Source of the DNA: Leucoraja ocellata
Lineage: Eukaryota
DNA length: 64,000 nucleotides
Direction of reading: 5' to 3'
Assembly: GCA_036785375.1 (NCBI GenBank)
Contig: JAWMAR010000009.1
Span: forward strand, 8,928,001 to 8,992,000
The notes beneath the pieces are model-generated. The model was not told the DNA's origin. It saw only the letters and a program-made list of their open reading frames with translations, and made no database searches. Made by a program: the position numbers and the translations under genes. This document shows, piece by piece, positions 10,898 to 23,329 of the stretch; the first letter of the stretch is position 1, and every line of letters starts with the position of its first letter.

Positions 10898-11728
10898 TGG
10901 GCTAACAGAAGGCTAATAGTTGGTCACTCCCTGCTTTCTCTCTCTTTTTTCCTTCAAATAGCAGATTCACATTTGTTATCCTCCAACCTGTGGGAACCAT
11001 TGCATATTCCACCTGGGTGAGGCTGGGACTTCCTCAGCATGACATTGCCACTCTGCTTATCATGCCCAATCTTATTACTCGCAGTTTCTGGTTTTATCTC
11101 TTGCGGTGTTACTTTGTGCAGTTTTAGAGATTTACTGCTCTGCAGAAATTTGATTTGGGAACACTGGAAGAGATAAACTTCACAATGAATTTGGTCAAAT
11201 CACTAAGATCAGAGAGCTTAGTTCAGCCTTTATAATTTACCGTGTAGCAAAGAGTAAGTGGCTGCGTCATGTTTATTAATAGGTTGTCCTACTTAAAGGA
11301 GAAAGTCTCCAGGAAGGCACATTCCCATACCGTGAATCCCTGCTGGGCTTCATTCTTGTTAATTCAAAAGCCTCCTCTGTGTCAGCCTCATTGTATAGCA
11401 ACCTGCTCAGAGTTAGGTGGCCATTCGCAGTAAGCGGAAGAGTAATGCACACACGCAGTGAGCGTGACCGTCTCAACAGGGTCTGTACACCACAGTGTGA
11501 AGACCTTAATTGTGTTCACATTATTGGGGAATGTGAGGGGAGACAGAGCTGGAATGAGAAACGGAGTAATTATCACTCAGTCTGAGGAGGAATTTGATCC
11601 TGTCTGTCAGCCACATCAGGTGGCTCATCCATAGACAACCCACATTAACCCACTCATTCCTTTCCACTTTATTCATCATACTGGAGAACACCAGCTCCAT
11701 TAGTCCTTCTTTATGTCAACCTGGCTGT

Positions 11729-12377
11729 GATGAAGAGTTTTGGATCCTTCCTACACCATCGGAACCTCACTACCAGCGCACGCTGCCCTCAGGACGGCTA
11801 TGGAGAGGAGATGGTTGCCCACCTCTTTGCAGAGTGTGGATTCGCAAAGAGAGTCTGGAGAGGTCGGCAAGGGGCCCTGTCATGGTTTATTCCGAACAGC
11901 TCCGTCACAGAGGACTCTGTGATTCACGAACTGTTCCCAGGGACGCATTCAGAGACGGACATCGAGTGCTGCTGGAGGGTCATCAACTCGGTGAAAGATG
12001 CTCTTTGGTCTGCCCGAGCGTTGTTCACCACCCAGCAGAGCGAGATGTCCATCAGGGAATGTTGCTGACTGGCCCGAGAGTACTGCTGAGGGACCCATTG
12101 AAGCTCTGTGCAGCCAATGTCAAGGCTCTGTGGGGGAGGACCACAGTATAGGGTCCCTCTGCTGCTGGACATGGGGGTCAGGGTGTGGTGAAGACGCCCC
12201 TCAAAATAAGGGAAGGGATTCCATGTCAGTGGGCCACATGAGTGGCAAGAGGGTGGGGTAAAAAAATTGTGATTTGAGGAAACTGTGTGTATAGCCTCCG
12301 AGAATGTCGGATGGAGTTTTGTAACGATCATGTATATATTTATTTCTTGAATAAAGTATATTTTGAAATAAAAAAAG
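11729..12377 (+). mobile_element. Tx1/L1-clade LINE 3' end (C-terminal zinc knuckle, 3' UTR, A-rich tail)
   Basis: CP...EEMVAHLFAECGFAKRVW motif; AATAAA at ~12350 and A tail. Confidence 0.8.
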
Positions 12378-13957
12378 TGTTGGTAACTGTTGGTAATAAT
12401 ATCCTGTTCGGTGACATCTAATGGATGGTTTCTGACAACCAAATTACAGGTCAGGAGGTTCAAGAACATATGGTGGGAGAAAATAGACATTCAGGTGTGT
12501 TCTCAATATTGTTCCAAATGCTCATGAGATTCCAAGGCTTTCAGTATATCCTTTGTCCACCTGGTCACCCCTCCTGCAGTGACTTCATGTCCTTTTTAAA
12601 GAACATTAATTGTCGGAAGACAATGTCATGTAGTAAGCAGTGGACCTAGAGTCATGGAGTTTTACAGCACAGAAACGGGCCATTCACTTACCCACCCAGG
12701 CTGACTGTGATGGCTAATTCCGCTTATCCCTTTACCCACTGAAAAAGGACACAGAGTATGACTTTCCCCATGGTGAAAAGCAATGGACCCCTTTGTGGTT
12801 ATCATAGTTGCATATCTCTTAAAGATGGTCACAACTACAACATCTCCAAGATCTTCAGATGTTGGAACTGAAACCGTGGATTTGCGATTGTAGAGCAAGT
12901 CGAAACATTCCACAATGACCATGGCCACTATTCACTCTTGCACATATTGTTTTGTGCCAATTTACCAGCTTCACTGCATTGTCTGACCGCTCCACTGGTT
13001 GGAACCACAAATTGGCTGAGAACCGTGCTCATCGAGTAGAGGAAGGCAACGTCAATGGGTTGATGTTGAATTGACATGAGCTGCCCAGGGGACGCCTCTA
13101 AGTCGGCATCATAGCTTGGATTTCCTGTATGCTCCCAGCTGTAACTATGGGAACTCTTGTTGCAGTACTGGTGACACCCCCCAGATACATTGAAGGAATC
13201 TGACTGGGGCCTCTTGCAATGGCTAACATCTAAAAGGGTAAGGCTGCTTTGTGCGGTAATCTTCAGAACTCTGGTTAAGTTGAAGTTGTCAGTTGAGCCA
13301 GGATTCTCCTTGAACGGATTCTGACCCACAAAAGAATGACTACATTGGCCCTACTCCAGCTCTGAAGGACAAGCAATGAATCCAACATCAACTGCCAGTG
13401 ACGGTCTCAGCTGAGCCAAGTGACTCGCTACTGCTCAAATGCTTAAGTAAAAAGCTGGTACAAAAGCTGCATAGATGATGTAGTGCAGAAGGGTTTCACA
13501 TAGTTGTAACCAAATGAAACTTTAATATTGGTTGACTCTGAATAAATAACAATTCAGATACAAAGGGATTTCATGTAAGAAGGTAATAAAACAGTGAATA
13601 TTTCACGCTCTCAGTGTGATAGGAGAGATGAAGCACAGCATCTATCTGTAACGGATTCCAAAACAGTGGCTCTGTTTTCAAGATGGTCAAGAAGAGTGTG
13701 GACGTTATCTCTGCATTCATAGCAGGTTTGAGGACTGCTGCTGAACTCATGCTAACTGGTGAGAAAGGTGCAAGGACAATGCTTTCGTACTCACAAGGGT
13801 AAGAAAGCTACCTCCTTACTCACCAGAGGTGAGACCAGGTAAGGATAATCACTCTGTTCTCACATAAGATGTGAGTGCAATGCTTCAGCGCTCACTGGCT
13901 GCTGGTACAGTAATAGAAGGGTAATGGTTGCGATCTGAAATCTCTAGTATTCAAGTA

Positions 13958-15055
13958 CAATGGCCTCCATAATGTTTGGGACAAAGACCCATCATTTATT
14001 TATTTGCCTCTGTACTCCACAATTTGAGATTTGTAATAGAAAAAAAAAATCACATGCGGTTAAAGTGCACACTGTCAGATTTTATTAAAGAGTGTTTTTA
14101 TACATTTTGGTTTCACCATGTAGAAATTACAGCTGTGTTTCTACATAGTCCCCCCATTTCAGGGCACCATAATGTTTGGGACACATAGCTTCACAGGAGT
14201 TTGTAATTGCTCAGGTGTGTTTAATTGCCTCCTTAATGCAGGTATAAGAGAGCTCTCAGCACCTAGTATTTCCTCCAGTCTTTCCGTCACCTTTGATAAC
14301 TTTTATTGCTGTTTATCAACATGAGGACCAAAGTTGTGCCAATGAAAGTCAAAGAAGCCATTATGAGACTGCGAAACAAGAATAAAACTGTTAGACATCA
14401 GCCAGACGTTAGGCTTACCAAAATCAACTGTTTGGAACATCATTAAGAAGAAAGAGAGCACTGGTGAGCTTACTATTCGCAAAGGGACTGGCAGGCCAAG
14501 GAAAACCTCCACAGCTGATGAAAGAAGAATTCTCTCTATAATAAAGAAAACTCCCCAAACACCTGTCCGACAGATCAGAAACACTCTTCAGGAGTCAGGT
14601 ATGGATTTGTCAATGACCACTATCCGCAGAAGACTTCATGCGCAGAAATACAGAGGCTACTCTGCAAGATGTAAACCACTGGTTAGTCGCAAAAATAGGA
14701 TGGCCAGGTTACAGTTTGCCAAGAAGTACTTAAAAGAGCAACCACAGTTCTGAAAAAAAGGTCTTGTGGACTGATGAGACGAAGATTAACTTATATCTAA
14801 ACATGACTACTTTCATTTACATGACATTGCTGTGTCCCAAACATTATGGTGCCCTGAAATGGGGGGACTATGTATAAACACTGCTGTAATTTCTACATGG
14901 TGAAACCAAAATGTGTAAAAATGGCCTTTATTAAAATCTGACAATGTGCACTTTAACCACATGTGATTTTTTTCTCTTACAAATCTCAAATTGTGGAGCA
15001 CAGAGGCAAATAAATAAACGATGGGTCTTTGTCCCAAACATTATGGAGGGCACTG
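13958..15055 (+). mobile_element. Tc1-family IR-DR DNA transposon, internally deleted
   Basis: ~225-bp terminal inverted repeats (13958-~14185; ~14829-15055) with CCATAATGTTTGGGACA at both ends of each TIR; left TA, right TG; frameshifted transposase from ATG 14321 through TGRPRKTS to VLWTDETKINLY, then a deletion. Confidence 0.93.
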
Positions 15056-15235
15056 TGAATCAATGTACAGGTTGTGGTCCTTCACCCACCTAAGCTGGTT
15101 TGATGTGCACCCCTGCTATTCAGCATCTATTAGTGCCACACTTCGCTGTAAATCAGCAAAACTGCCATTTTACATAAAAAATACAAATAAAGACCAATGG
15201 CATCACCAGGCCCAGCTTGAACAACATGTCCACTT

Positions 15236-15388
15236 TCAGAAGTCCCAGTCCTCCATCTCCAGCTGGTCCAGGCTGGACACAAGTTCAGTCATCCCTCGCA
15301 ACTCATGTGGGTCAGCACCTTCCACCTCTGTCACGGGCGTGACGGGTCGCAGCAGATCGGGAAGCACTTCCACCACTCGCAGCTTCAG
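15236..15388 (-). CDS. STRADA: STRADA last coding exon (LKLRVVEVLPDLLRPVTP...LEMEDWDF*)
   Basis: ttccag acceptor, 153 nt to TGA; LLRPVTP and terminal W-x-F motif match STRAD-alpha. Confidence 0.93.
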   Translation of the reverse strand: MKLRVVEVLPDLLRPVTPVTEVEGADPHELRGMTELVSSLDQLEMEDWDF

Positions 15389-15954
15389 CTGGAAGGACAG
15401 AAGGTGGGTCAGTGATCTGGTACAATTCAAACACATGCACGGAGCTTAATGATTTCACATGCTACATGGCTTAGAACCTGATGAAAACGCCTCCCTACTC
15501 TGGCCCTTTGTACTGAAACCCCTTCTTCATTGACTTTATATAGAGCCTCCAATGGTCTGAAACTCAAAGATTGTTGTGCTTTTGACTATGAGTCATGGTG
15601 TATTTACATATCAATATATCTTCAAATAGCTGGTCAGAAAAAAACCCATCAGGTCACAAAAGATGTCAACCTAGTAACCTATTGAGATGAGAGTATTTTG
15701 TAAATTCTTCTCTACTCTCAGTCACTCCTTATTATTATCTTTGACAATGTCTTCCTCACCTTCTCTTCTCCAGCCTCCTGTCTTATTCCCCAAAAGGATG
15801 CAAAAGGATTCCCCAAAAGGATATCAAAGGACTGGAGTCTTATTATGGCTCAACCCCAAATTAACATCCAATAAATGGAACCGCAGGTCTGTGATTAGAT
15901 TGGGTTTGAATAATGGAAGTTTCTTTTACTAATAACTTGGTACCACGGACATAC

Positions 15955-15997
15955 CTGCTTGACAAATGAATGATTGAGTAATGCAATGGCAGAGGGT
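15955..15997 (-). CDS. STRADA: STRADA exon (RPSAIALLNHSFVKQ)
   Basis: 43 nt, ttatag/gtatgt; kinase subdomain XI. Confidence 0.9.
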
Positions 15998-16313
15998 CTA
16001 TAAAGAACAAAGAAAAGTGTTAGAGGATGGAAACAAATAGTATCACTTACAGCAGTATTACAGTGGAGGAGCTGCACAGTTAATCAGATAAAATGTCCAC
16101 CGTGGTACAGCTGATTAATGTGCCAATGAGTAATCATCACACCAGGTCAAAATGTTAAGATCATCAGAAACTGAAGCAAAAGTATGCCTGCTTTGCCATT
16201 CAGCAAGATCACAGCTGGTTTTTGTTACAGTAGTGCTATCGTGCATTAATCCATGTCTCTTGAATGACAGTCAATTAATCAACAAATAGCAGCTACTTTC
16301 ACCAAGCACGTAC

Positions 16314-16555
16314 CTCTGCTCAGGCTCCCGTTGCAAGCACAACTCCACAAAGTTGTGAAAAAGCCTGGAGAAAGTCCTGTTGTACGGGTGCTGCACTTGT
16401 TCCCCATTCGTTGTTCGCATGTCACAAGCGGCCGAGCTTTCTACAATGCCAGAATCCACTGCTGACTGAGAGTTTGTCATCAGAAGCTCCTCCTCGGGAA
16501 TCGTTGTGGTGTCCAGCAGGCAAGGCACTGTACCATTCAGCTTCTCCAGCAGCAT
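16314..16555 (-). CDS. STRADA: STRADA exon (MLLEKLNGTVPCLLDT...CLQREPEQR)
   Basis: 242 nt, tttcag/gtacgt; STRAD-specific MLLEKLNGTVPCLLD and HPYNRTFS. Confidence 0.95.
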
Positions 16556-16904
16556 CTGAAACACAAGCAAAGGCAATCAGAACATCTCTGGCCATCTAAA
16601 CATCACAAAGAAAGCAAAATGAATTTGGTCATGTTCAGGAAACACTTAAAATAATGCAAGTCATTAAACGTGGCTGGTACTTTGCAGCCAGTGGAGAGAA
16701 GGCCAGCATTACAGAAAATATTGGCCACAGCAACTGGACATTCTACTCACGCCAGTTTTCATCATTCTTACTTCCTCAAGGACCACGTTGTTTCTAGCTC
16801 TCCAATTATTTCTCCTCTTACAATTAATCCCCTGACAATTACATTTCCTTTATTTGTTCTTGTTTACAGAAAGGAGGGTGTAGGAATTTGATCAGTTACA
16901 TCTT

Positions 16905-17465
16905 TACACGTCACACAAACTGGAAGAAAAGCACCTGATATTGCCCTTGGTAGCATACAACCCATTGGTACCAACTATGAATTCTCCATTTTCATGTATT
17001 AACCTCCAGCCCCAGAGGCTATTTCCTCTGCCCCACCATCCTGATGCATACACATTTCTCCCACCACCTGTCACCCTGCTCCTTTCACCTTCTTCATGCA
17101 CATCCCCATCACCGAGCCCCACGTCTCTATTATACCCTTTCCCTTCCCTCCTGTTCCCTTCCGTCCATATAGTTCCCTCTAGTTTTGCATTTCATTCCTC
17201 ATCTTGTTTCGTTATCTCATTTTGTCTTTTTATTTTTACATTTAAGCTTTTGTCACTTACTCCACTCATCTCGCCTGTACCCACCTATCACTGCCAGGTT
17301 TTGTCCCACTCTATCAAAGTTTCTCCCCCTACTCTAATCTGCCTTAATAAGGTCCCGACGATCTTTTATTTTTCTCTACAAATCCTGCCTGACCGGCTGC
17401 ATTCCTCCAGCACTCTTTGTTATTTACTCAAGATTCCAGCATCTGCAGTTCCTTGGGTCAACAGT
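16905..17465 (+). mobile_element. Penelope-like element 3' part (endonuclease C-terminus remnant plus pyrimidine-rich pLTR)
   Basis: HKLEEKHLI..LGSIQP-like remnant followed by the family tail ccagcatctgcagttcc; a similar remnant lies at ~33260-33810. Confidence 0.65.
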
Positions 17466-18222
17466 TCAATCCTGTTTGCTCTACAATAAATGGAAAGTTT
17501 CAAAACCTTCATTGTGTCTAAAGTTACATGAAAGTTCAAGGCGTTTTATCGATTGATCCTGAACTTTATCTGATGTGGTTTTTGCATCCAGGTCAGTCGC
17601 CCAAATCAAGAAGGGTCACTCCACTCATTACAGGGTTCCAGGTCGTACATTATCCCTGACCATTGTACTTCTTATCTTACTGGCAGTCTTTACTGGCAAA
17701 GCATCTCAAGCTTCACCAAGGAAACCCACTATTTCAACCCTCAAGTGGCAGATGAAAGAATTTGGAAATGTAACTACAACATCAGCCACTGTTTGGAAGG
17801 CACTTTTCAAAATAAAAGCTTGTATATTAGTCAGAAAAGATCTACTTCTCTGGAAACCATTCCGTTGCCATATACCAAGACTATTTTCCTACAAATAATC
17901 CATTGATTGATCTTAAAACAAGCTTTTTGTCTCTAATCCATTTTTCTTATATCACTTTCTTCACAATACATTCCACCATCCATGTACTGCCAGCAACATT
18001 TTGTGCCTACCTTTGATATAAACCAGCATCTGCAGTTTTTTCCTGCACGCCATCATCAAACTTCCCCACTGCCCCTCACGACTACCATTGAATTCAGAGA
18101 TCTTATCCCTGGTTTCACTAACATTTGTTGCAGCATGTATTTTATCCCTTCAATTTATTGGTTTGGAACAACTAAATTACCTTAATATTGTTATCTTCTA
18201 ATTGTTAACATGTGGAGCATCA

Positions 18223-18280
18223 CAAGATTACAGATTACAAGATTACAGATTACAAGATTACAGGTTACAAGATTACAGGT
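18223..18280. repeat. 15-bp tandem repeat (acaagattacagatt), ~4 copies
   Basis: Read directly. Confidence 0.9.
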
Positions 18281-18617
18281 AAACAAGTCATTCAACACAC
18301 CAGTTTATTCATCCAGATGAAATAGAAAATTCCCCTTGGTGTAGCTTTTAATTACGGAAATTATTTAGGTTCTTGGGTTTCAACTTTTACTCCACTTGTT
18401 TCAGTTATTCACCTTCATACAAACCTGAGCATCCTAATACAACTTTGCCTTTCACCAGTTTAAATTTATTTCTCCTTGTTCTGATCATCTTCTAGATTCC
18501 TCTCCTCTGTACATTTTATATAATTGTGAAAGACAAAGTGATGTGCTACACTGCCTAATTGGCCACAACACTATTCACAAGCTGCTCTGACTCATACTCT
18601 ACAGATTTTGCTGAATA

Positions 18618-18810
18618 CAGGTGTCCTCTGGGTTTCAGTACGGTCCCATTCCTGTGAACTGCTCATAACCTGGACAGTTCACAAGTAGGAAATGCGGTCA
18701 CAAACTGAGTTCCTACGCGGCAGAAGGTGCCTGCAGTCCTGGCAGTCTCGGAAATGCTCGCATGTATGCACGGTCTGTAAAGTCAGTGTCCTTAACCTGG
18801 GGAGGACCTG
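18618..18810. mobile_element. Tigger/Tc1-mariner-type MITE
   Basis: TA|CAGGTGTCCTCTGGGTT ... AACCTGGGGAGGACCTG|TA imperfect TIRs with TA TSD. Confidence 0.6.
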
Positions 18811-19310
18811 TACATCTTCACCCTTCTGATTGTGTTGATTACTGCTCCACCTGCTGGACATTGAGGAGAGTCTGCTAAAGGCCCAGAGTTGTGTTCTCAT
18901 GCAGTCTCACTATTTATAGTTTCAATTGCAATATAAAACCACTAATTAAAGTTTAGTTCATCATTTAGACCTTTGCATGGAATTGCAACCATTGGCTTTT
19001 TTGTTCTGAATATTGCTTTTTAATCCACTCAACCCATTACGTCCTATCTTATCTAACTGGCAAAGAGCACTCCTCTGTCAGAAAATACCTTGCGTCATTG
19101 TATTCAATTAAAAGGGAAGATTGAATTAAACGGAGTGCACACTGATAGTTTGAATAGTTCTCAATCTGTTAATTTAACGATTCTTCAGCTTTTTCCTCGT
19201 CTACAGAGCCAGATATTCCGGGTTTACAATTATCACGGGACAACCAAAGCCAAGGTGGCAAGACCTGCAGTGCAGTTTGTGTTTTGACAGGTTTTCCACA
19301 GCACCTATAC

Positions 19311-19415
19311 CTGAGTTCCAGGCATATTTTTGAAGGGGACATGTCCATTAGCCAGCTCACATGCTGTTATTCCCAGGCTGTAAATATCAGATTTGGCATC
19401 ATAACCCTGTAGATT
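19311..19415 (-). CDS. STRADA: STRADA exon ([35 protein letters not shown])
   Basis: 105 nt, ctacag/gtatag; subdomain IX. Confidence 0.95.
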
Positions 19416-21381
19416 CTGTAGAAAAACAAAGTAAAAATTGTAAAAGTACTTTAGTTACTATCTGCAAACAACATTAGTAAAGCACTAGAACCCAGTTCCC
19501 AAGTGGTTGACGACCAGTTAACATGTGACCAACCCACTGTAAAACAGCAGTACTGACATGCTATTAAAAACCTTAAATTTAGATTTCTGAATGGCATTTA
19601 CATTAAAGAAACACCAATTTTATATAAGAATGAGGATTTTAGAGATTATCAATTTCTCACCACTTATTCCTCAACCCAAACATGACAATTATTTCCAACA
19701 GTAATCGAGTTGTGCTTTGAAACAAGAGATTAATAAACACTATCTTTCTCGAGTGTTTAAGGATAGTAGTTGCATGGGTACGTTAATACAGACAAGATGA
19801 AACTCTTTATCTTCTCTGACCAGATGGAAAAAAAATAATTTAATTCATTTACAAATCTTTGACATACAAATAACATGAGCAGATCCTGCCTTTGCCGAGT
19901 CCAAAGTTTTGAAATGCCTACCTGATAGCTCTAAGTACGATAAACTGACCATAACAAAACCGGACCAGGAGAAGGCTTTACAGCCCCTCAAGAAAGCTCC
20001 ACCATTGAAAATGATCACGACTGATCCAACTTTCCTCGTCCACTCGCCCATCTACATCCATAACCCATGGTTTCTTTACTGATTAAGTCTATCCATCTCA
20101 GCTTTGAATACATTCACAAATTCAATCTTTACAGTTTTCCACGGCAAGAGATATCAAAGGCACACAAACCTTTCATAGAAGAAATTCTTCATCTCGTTAA
20201 TTTGAATGAGACTCTACCCTATGGTCCTAGACGATCTCACAAAGGGAGACATTCTCCCATCATATACAAATCTTGCATGTTTCGATAGCCTCTCATTCTC
20301 TTGAACCTCATTGAGTGCAGATTCGATCTATTGAACCTTTCCTCTTGAGACAGTCACTCCATAAACAGGATCATTCTTGTGAACCTTGCCTGAACTGCCT
20401 CCAGCGATAATACATATTTAAGTAAGGTGACCAGAACTGTACATAATACACTCCTGCCTTGGACAATAGCAAGACGACTACTCTGCTTCTATATTCCACT
20501 ACCTTCAAATATAAGCCAGCATTACATTTGCTGCCCTGCTTGATCCTGTGTATGCTGGCTTCACATGCGGGGACCAAAAATCTGTTTCTTCCCTCCAAAG
20601 CTTAATATCTCCATTTATTTCCATGATTTGGTTATTTATCTTGATTCATTTCTCCTTCCACCCTTCCGAATCTTTCTTCATTGTAATATATTTTTGCTAG
20701 GAGTCATGAATTTGCTCCTTACATTTCTCCACTGCTTTTCTGTCGTCTTCTCTGCTAATTTATTTGCCTAATCCATTCGGCAACCCCATCCTCCATTGCT
20801 TTGCAATTCCCTTTATTAGGTTTAGAACATAGAACAGTATAGCACAGGAATGGATCCTTCAACTCGCAATGTTTGTGCCAAACATGGTGCCAAGTTAAAC
20901 TGATCTCATCTGCCTGAACATGATTCCCATTCCTCTATTCCTTGCACTTCCATATGCCTGTCTAAAAGCCTCTGAAACGCCACTATCGTATCTGCCTCCA
21001 CCACCATCGATGGCAATGCGTTCCAGATCCCCATTACTCCCTGTGCCCTGCACATCTCCATTACACTTTCTCCCCTCTCACCTTATAGCTATGCCCTCCA
21101 GTGTTGTACATTTCCACCATGGGGAAAAAGGTTCTGCTTATGCCTCTCAACATTTTATACACTTTCCTACACTGAGCAGTAGTGATTCAAGGTGATGGCT
21201 CAGAGCATTTGGGCATTTTGGAATTGTTAACATAATGCTGGCCTTGGCAATAATGCCCATGTCCTTATAGAATTGTGCAGCTCAGAAACTAACCCTTCAG
21301 CACACCTTCTCCATACTAATTGTGATGCCGAACTATACTAATCCAATGCAAACCTGTGCAAATACCTTTTAAACATTCTAA

Positions 21382-21697
21382 AAGCCCTGTCCCACGGTAT
21401 GAGTTCATTCCAAGAGCTCTCCCGAGTTTTTAATAAATCCAACATGTGGTAAGCACAGAGAATGAGCGTAGCGGGTACGTCGGAGCTCGGGGACGTCTCT
21501 TAGTGGCTCGTTGCGCTAACGGCAGGTACTCGGGAAGACTCGCTAACGGCAGGTAAGCACGGGAAGACTCGTGAAGATTTTTCAACATGTTAAAAAATGT
21601 CCACGAGAGCCCTGAGTACCGACGAGTGGCCATTACTGTAAATCTCCGAGTTCGAATCAGGGCAAACTCGGGAGAGCTCTTGGAATGAATTCGTACC
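21382..21697. mobile_element. PIF/Harbinger-like MITE, right end truncated
   Basis: Inverted arms (ggtatgagttcattccaagagctctcccgagttt and its complement at ~21664-21697); homologous to 40524-40822. Confidence 0.7.
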
Positions 21698-22899
21698 TTT
21701 AACTGTTTTTGCTTCTACCATCATCTCTGGGGTTTCATTACATTAATACCAACCCAGTGTAGAAAAAAGTTCCCCTCGGAGAGCCTTAGAATTTATCCTC
21801 CCTCTCTTTAAACCTGTGACCTCTAGCTCTAGACTCTCCCATCCTGGGAAATGATTCCATCTTTGCCTCTATGCCCCTCATAATTTTATAAACATCTATG
21901 TCACCCGTCAGCCACCTACGTTCTAGTAGAAATAAACCTGCCCAAGTTCTACTTACAGCCCTCCATTCCAGACAACCTCACGGTGATTTGCTTCTGCACT
22001 CTCTCTCTCTCTCTACTACATCCTCCCTGTAGTGTGGCGACCAGACTACTCGCAGTACTCCAAATACAGTCACTACTGTTTTGTAAAGCAACAATATCAC
22101 ATACCAACTCTTCTTCTCAATGCCCTGGGCTATGTAGGCAAGAATATCTTATATCTTCTTCATTACCCTATCTACTCATGCCACCACTTTCAGCAAGTTG
22201 TGTACTCTCAGTGTCTCTCAACATTAAGGCCCCTGGCATTTAATGTGGGAAAATGCAAAATATCCCAGTTTGGTAAGTGAAATTAAAACGGCATATTATC
22301 CAAATAGTGAAAGACTTTAGATCTCTGAAGATGATCAGGATGTCCAAGTGAATGATTTACCAAAGGCTAGCTAACAATATTATCAATGATTGCAAAGGAA
22401 ATTCAAATCCAAAGTAGGGTGGTTATGCTTTTGTTATATAGGGCATGCGGAGATCTTATCTGAAGTAAGGATTACTAGACTGGAATGGTAAGTTATCTGA
22501 TGAGGGAGAAGTGGACAAGCTAGGTTTGCATCTACTATAGTTTAGAACAGCGAAGACATATTGAAACATACAAGATCCTGAGGGGTTTTGACAGGTTGGA
22601 TGTGGAGATGATAGTTCTTCAAGTGAGGATCTAAGTCTGTGAGCCGTTAAAAATAAAAATGGATTACACATTTAACATGAAGAGGCCTTTTCTTCCCCCC
22701 TGAAAATTGAGTGACTTTGGAACTCGTTCTCAAAGAGCATGGGAAATTGAATCTTTGAAAGTTTTATAGGCAGTGGTGGGTAGATGTTTACTAAATAAGG
22801 GTTCAAAAATTACTATGGGGTGATGGGAAAGCAGAGTTGAGGTTACAATCAGCAGCCATGACACTATTAAGTGGTAGATTAATTCATTTATCATCGTTG

Positions 22900-23145
22900 A
22901 AAACATTAGTGACGCAGTGGTGCTGGTTTCAGACGGGCATGGTGATTTCATCGTTCCTTACAATGCTATGTACGACAGTGAGCACAACTTCATCTGAAGT
23001 ATGGATGACCGTTGGCTCGCTGGGAGCTCATCCGCCCTTTGACAGGTCTTGTTTTTGGTCTTGCTGGGGATCCACAGTCCCTTCTTCACCTGGCAAACCA
23101 GGTAGAGTAGGTTTACCTCTTCTCCTAATTAGCATGCGTATGTAG
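22900..23145 (-). mobile_element. Probable RTE-clade LINE fragment next to a STRADA donor site
   Basis: Recognised by resemblance only; GC/CpG-richer than its flanks. Confidence 0.35.
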
Positions 23146-23157
23146 GTGCGGGCTTAC

Positions 23158-23329
23158 CTGCTGCAACAACTCAGGGCTCAGCCATGGTAATATTTTAACA
23201 CTGTATTTTGGGAAGTCATGGATCACCCGTAGCCGTTGTCCATGGCTGATCATACTGAAAATACTGCGTAGTCCTGATAAATAAACCTGTCCCTCTGATG
23301 ATATTAGAATGTGACTTGCTTGAACACTC
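23158..23329 (-). CDS. STRADA: STRADA exon ([21 protein letters not shown]...[11 protein letters not shown])
   Basis: 172 nt, tttcag/gtaagc; pseudokinase GLR in place of DFG. Confidence 0.95.

Noticed and set aside
16941-17489. 182-aa hydrophobic ORF
   Set aside because: Translation of a pyrimidine-rich Penelope-like repeat.
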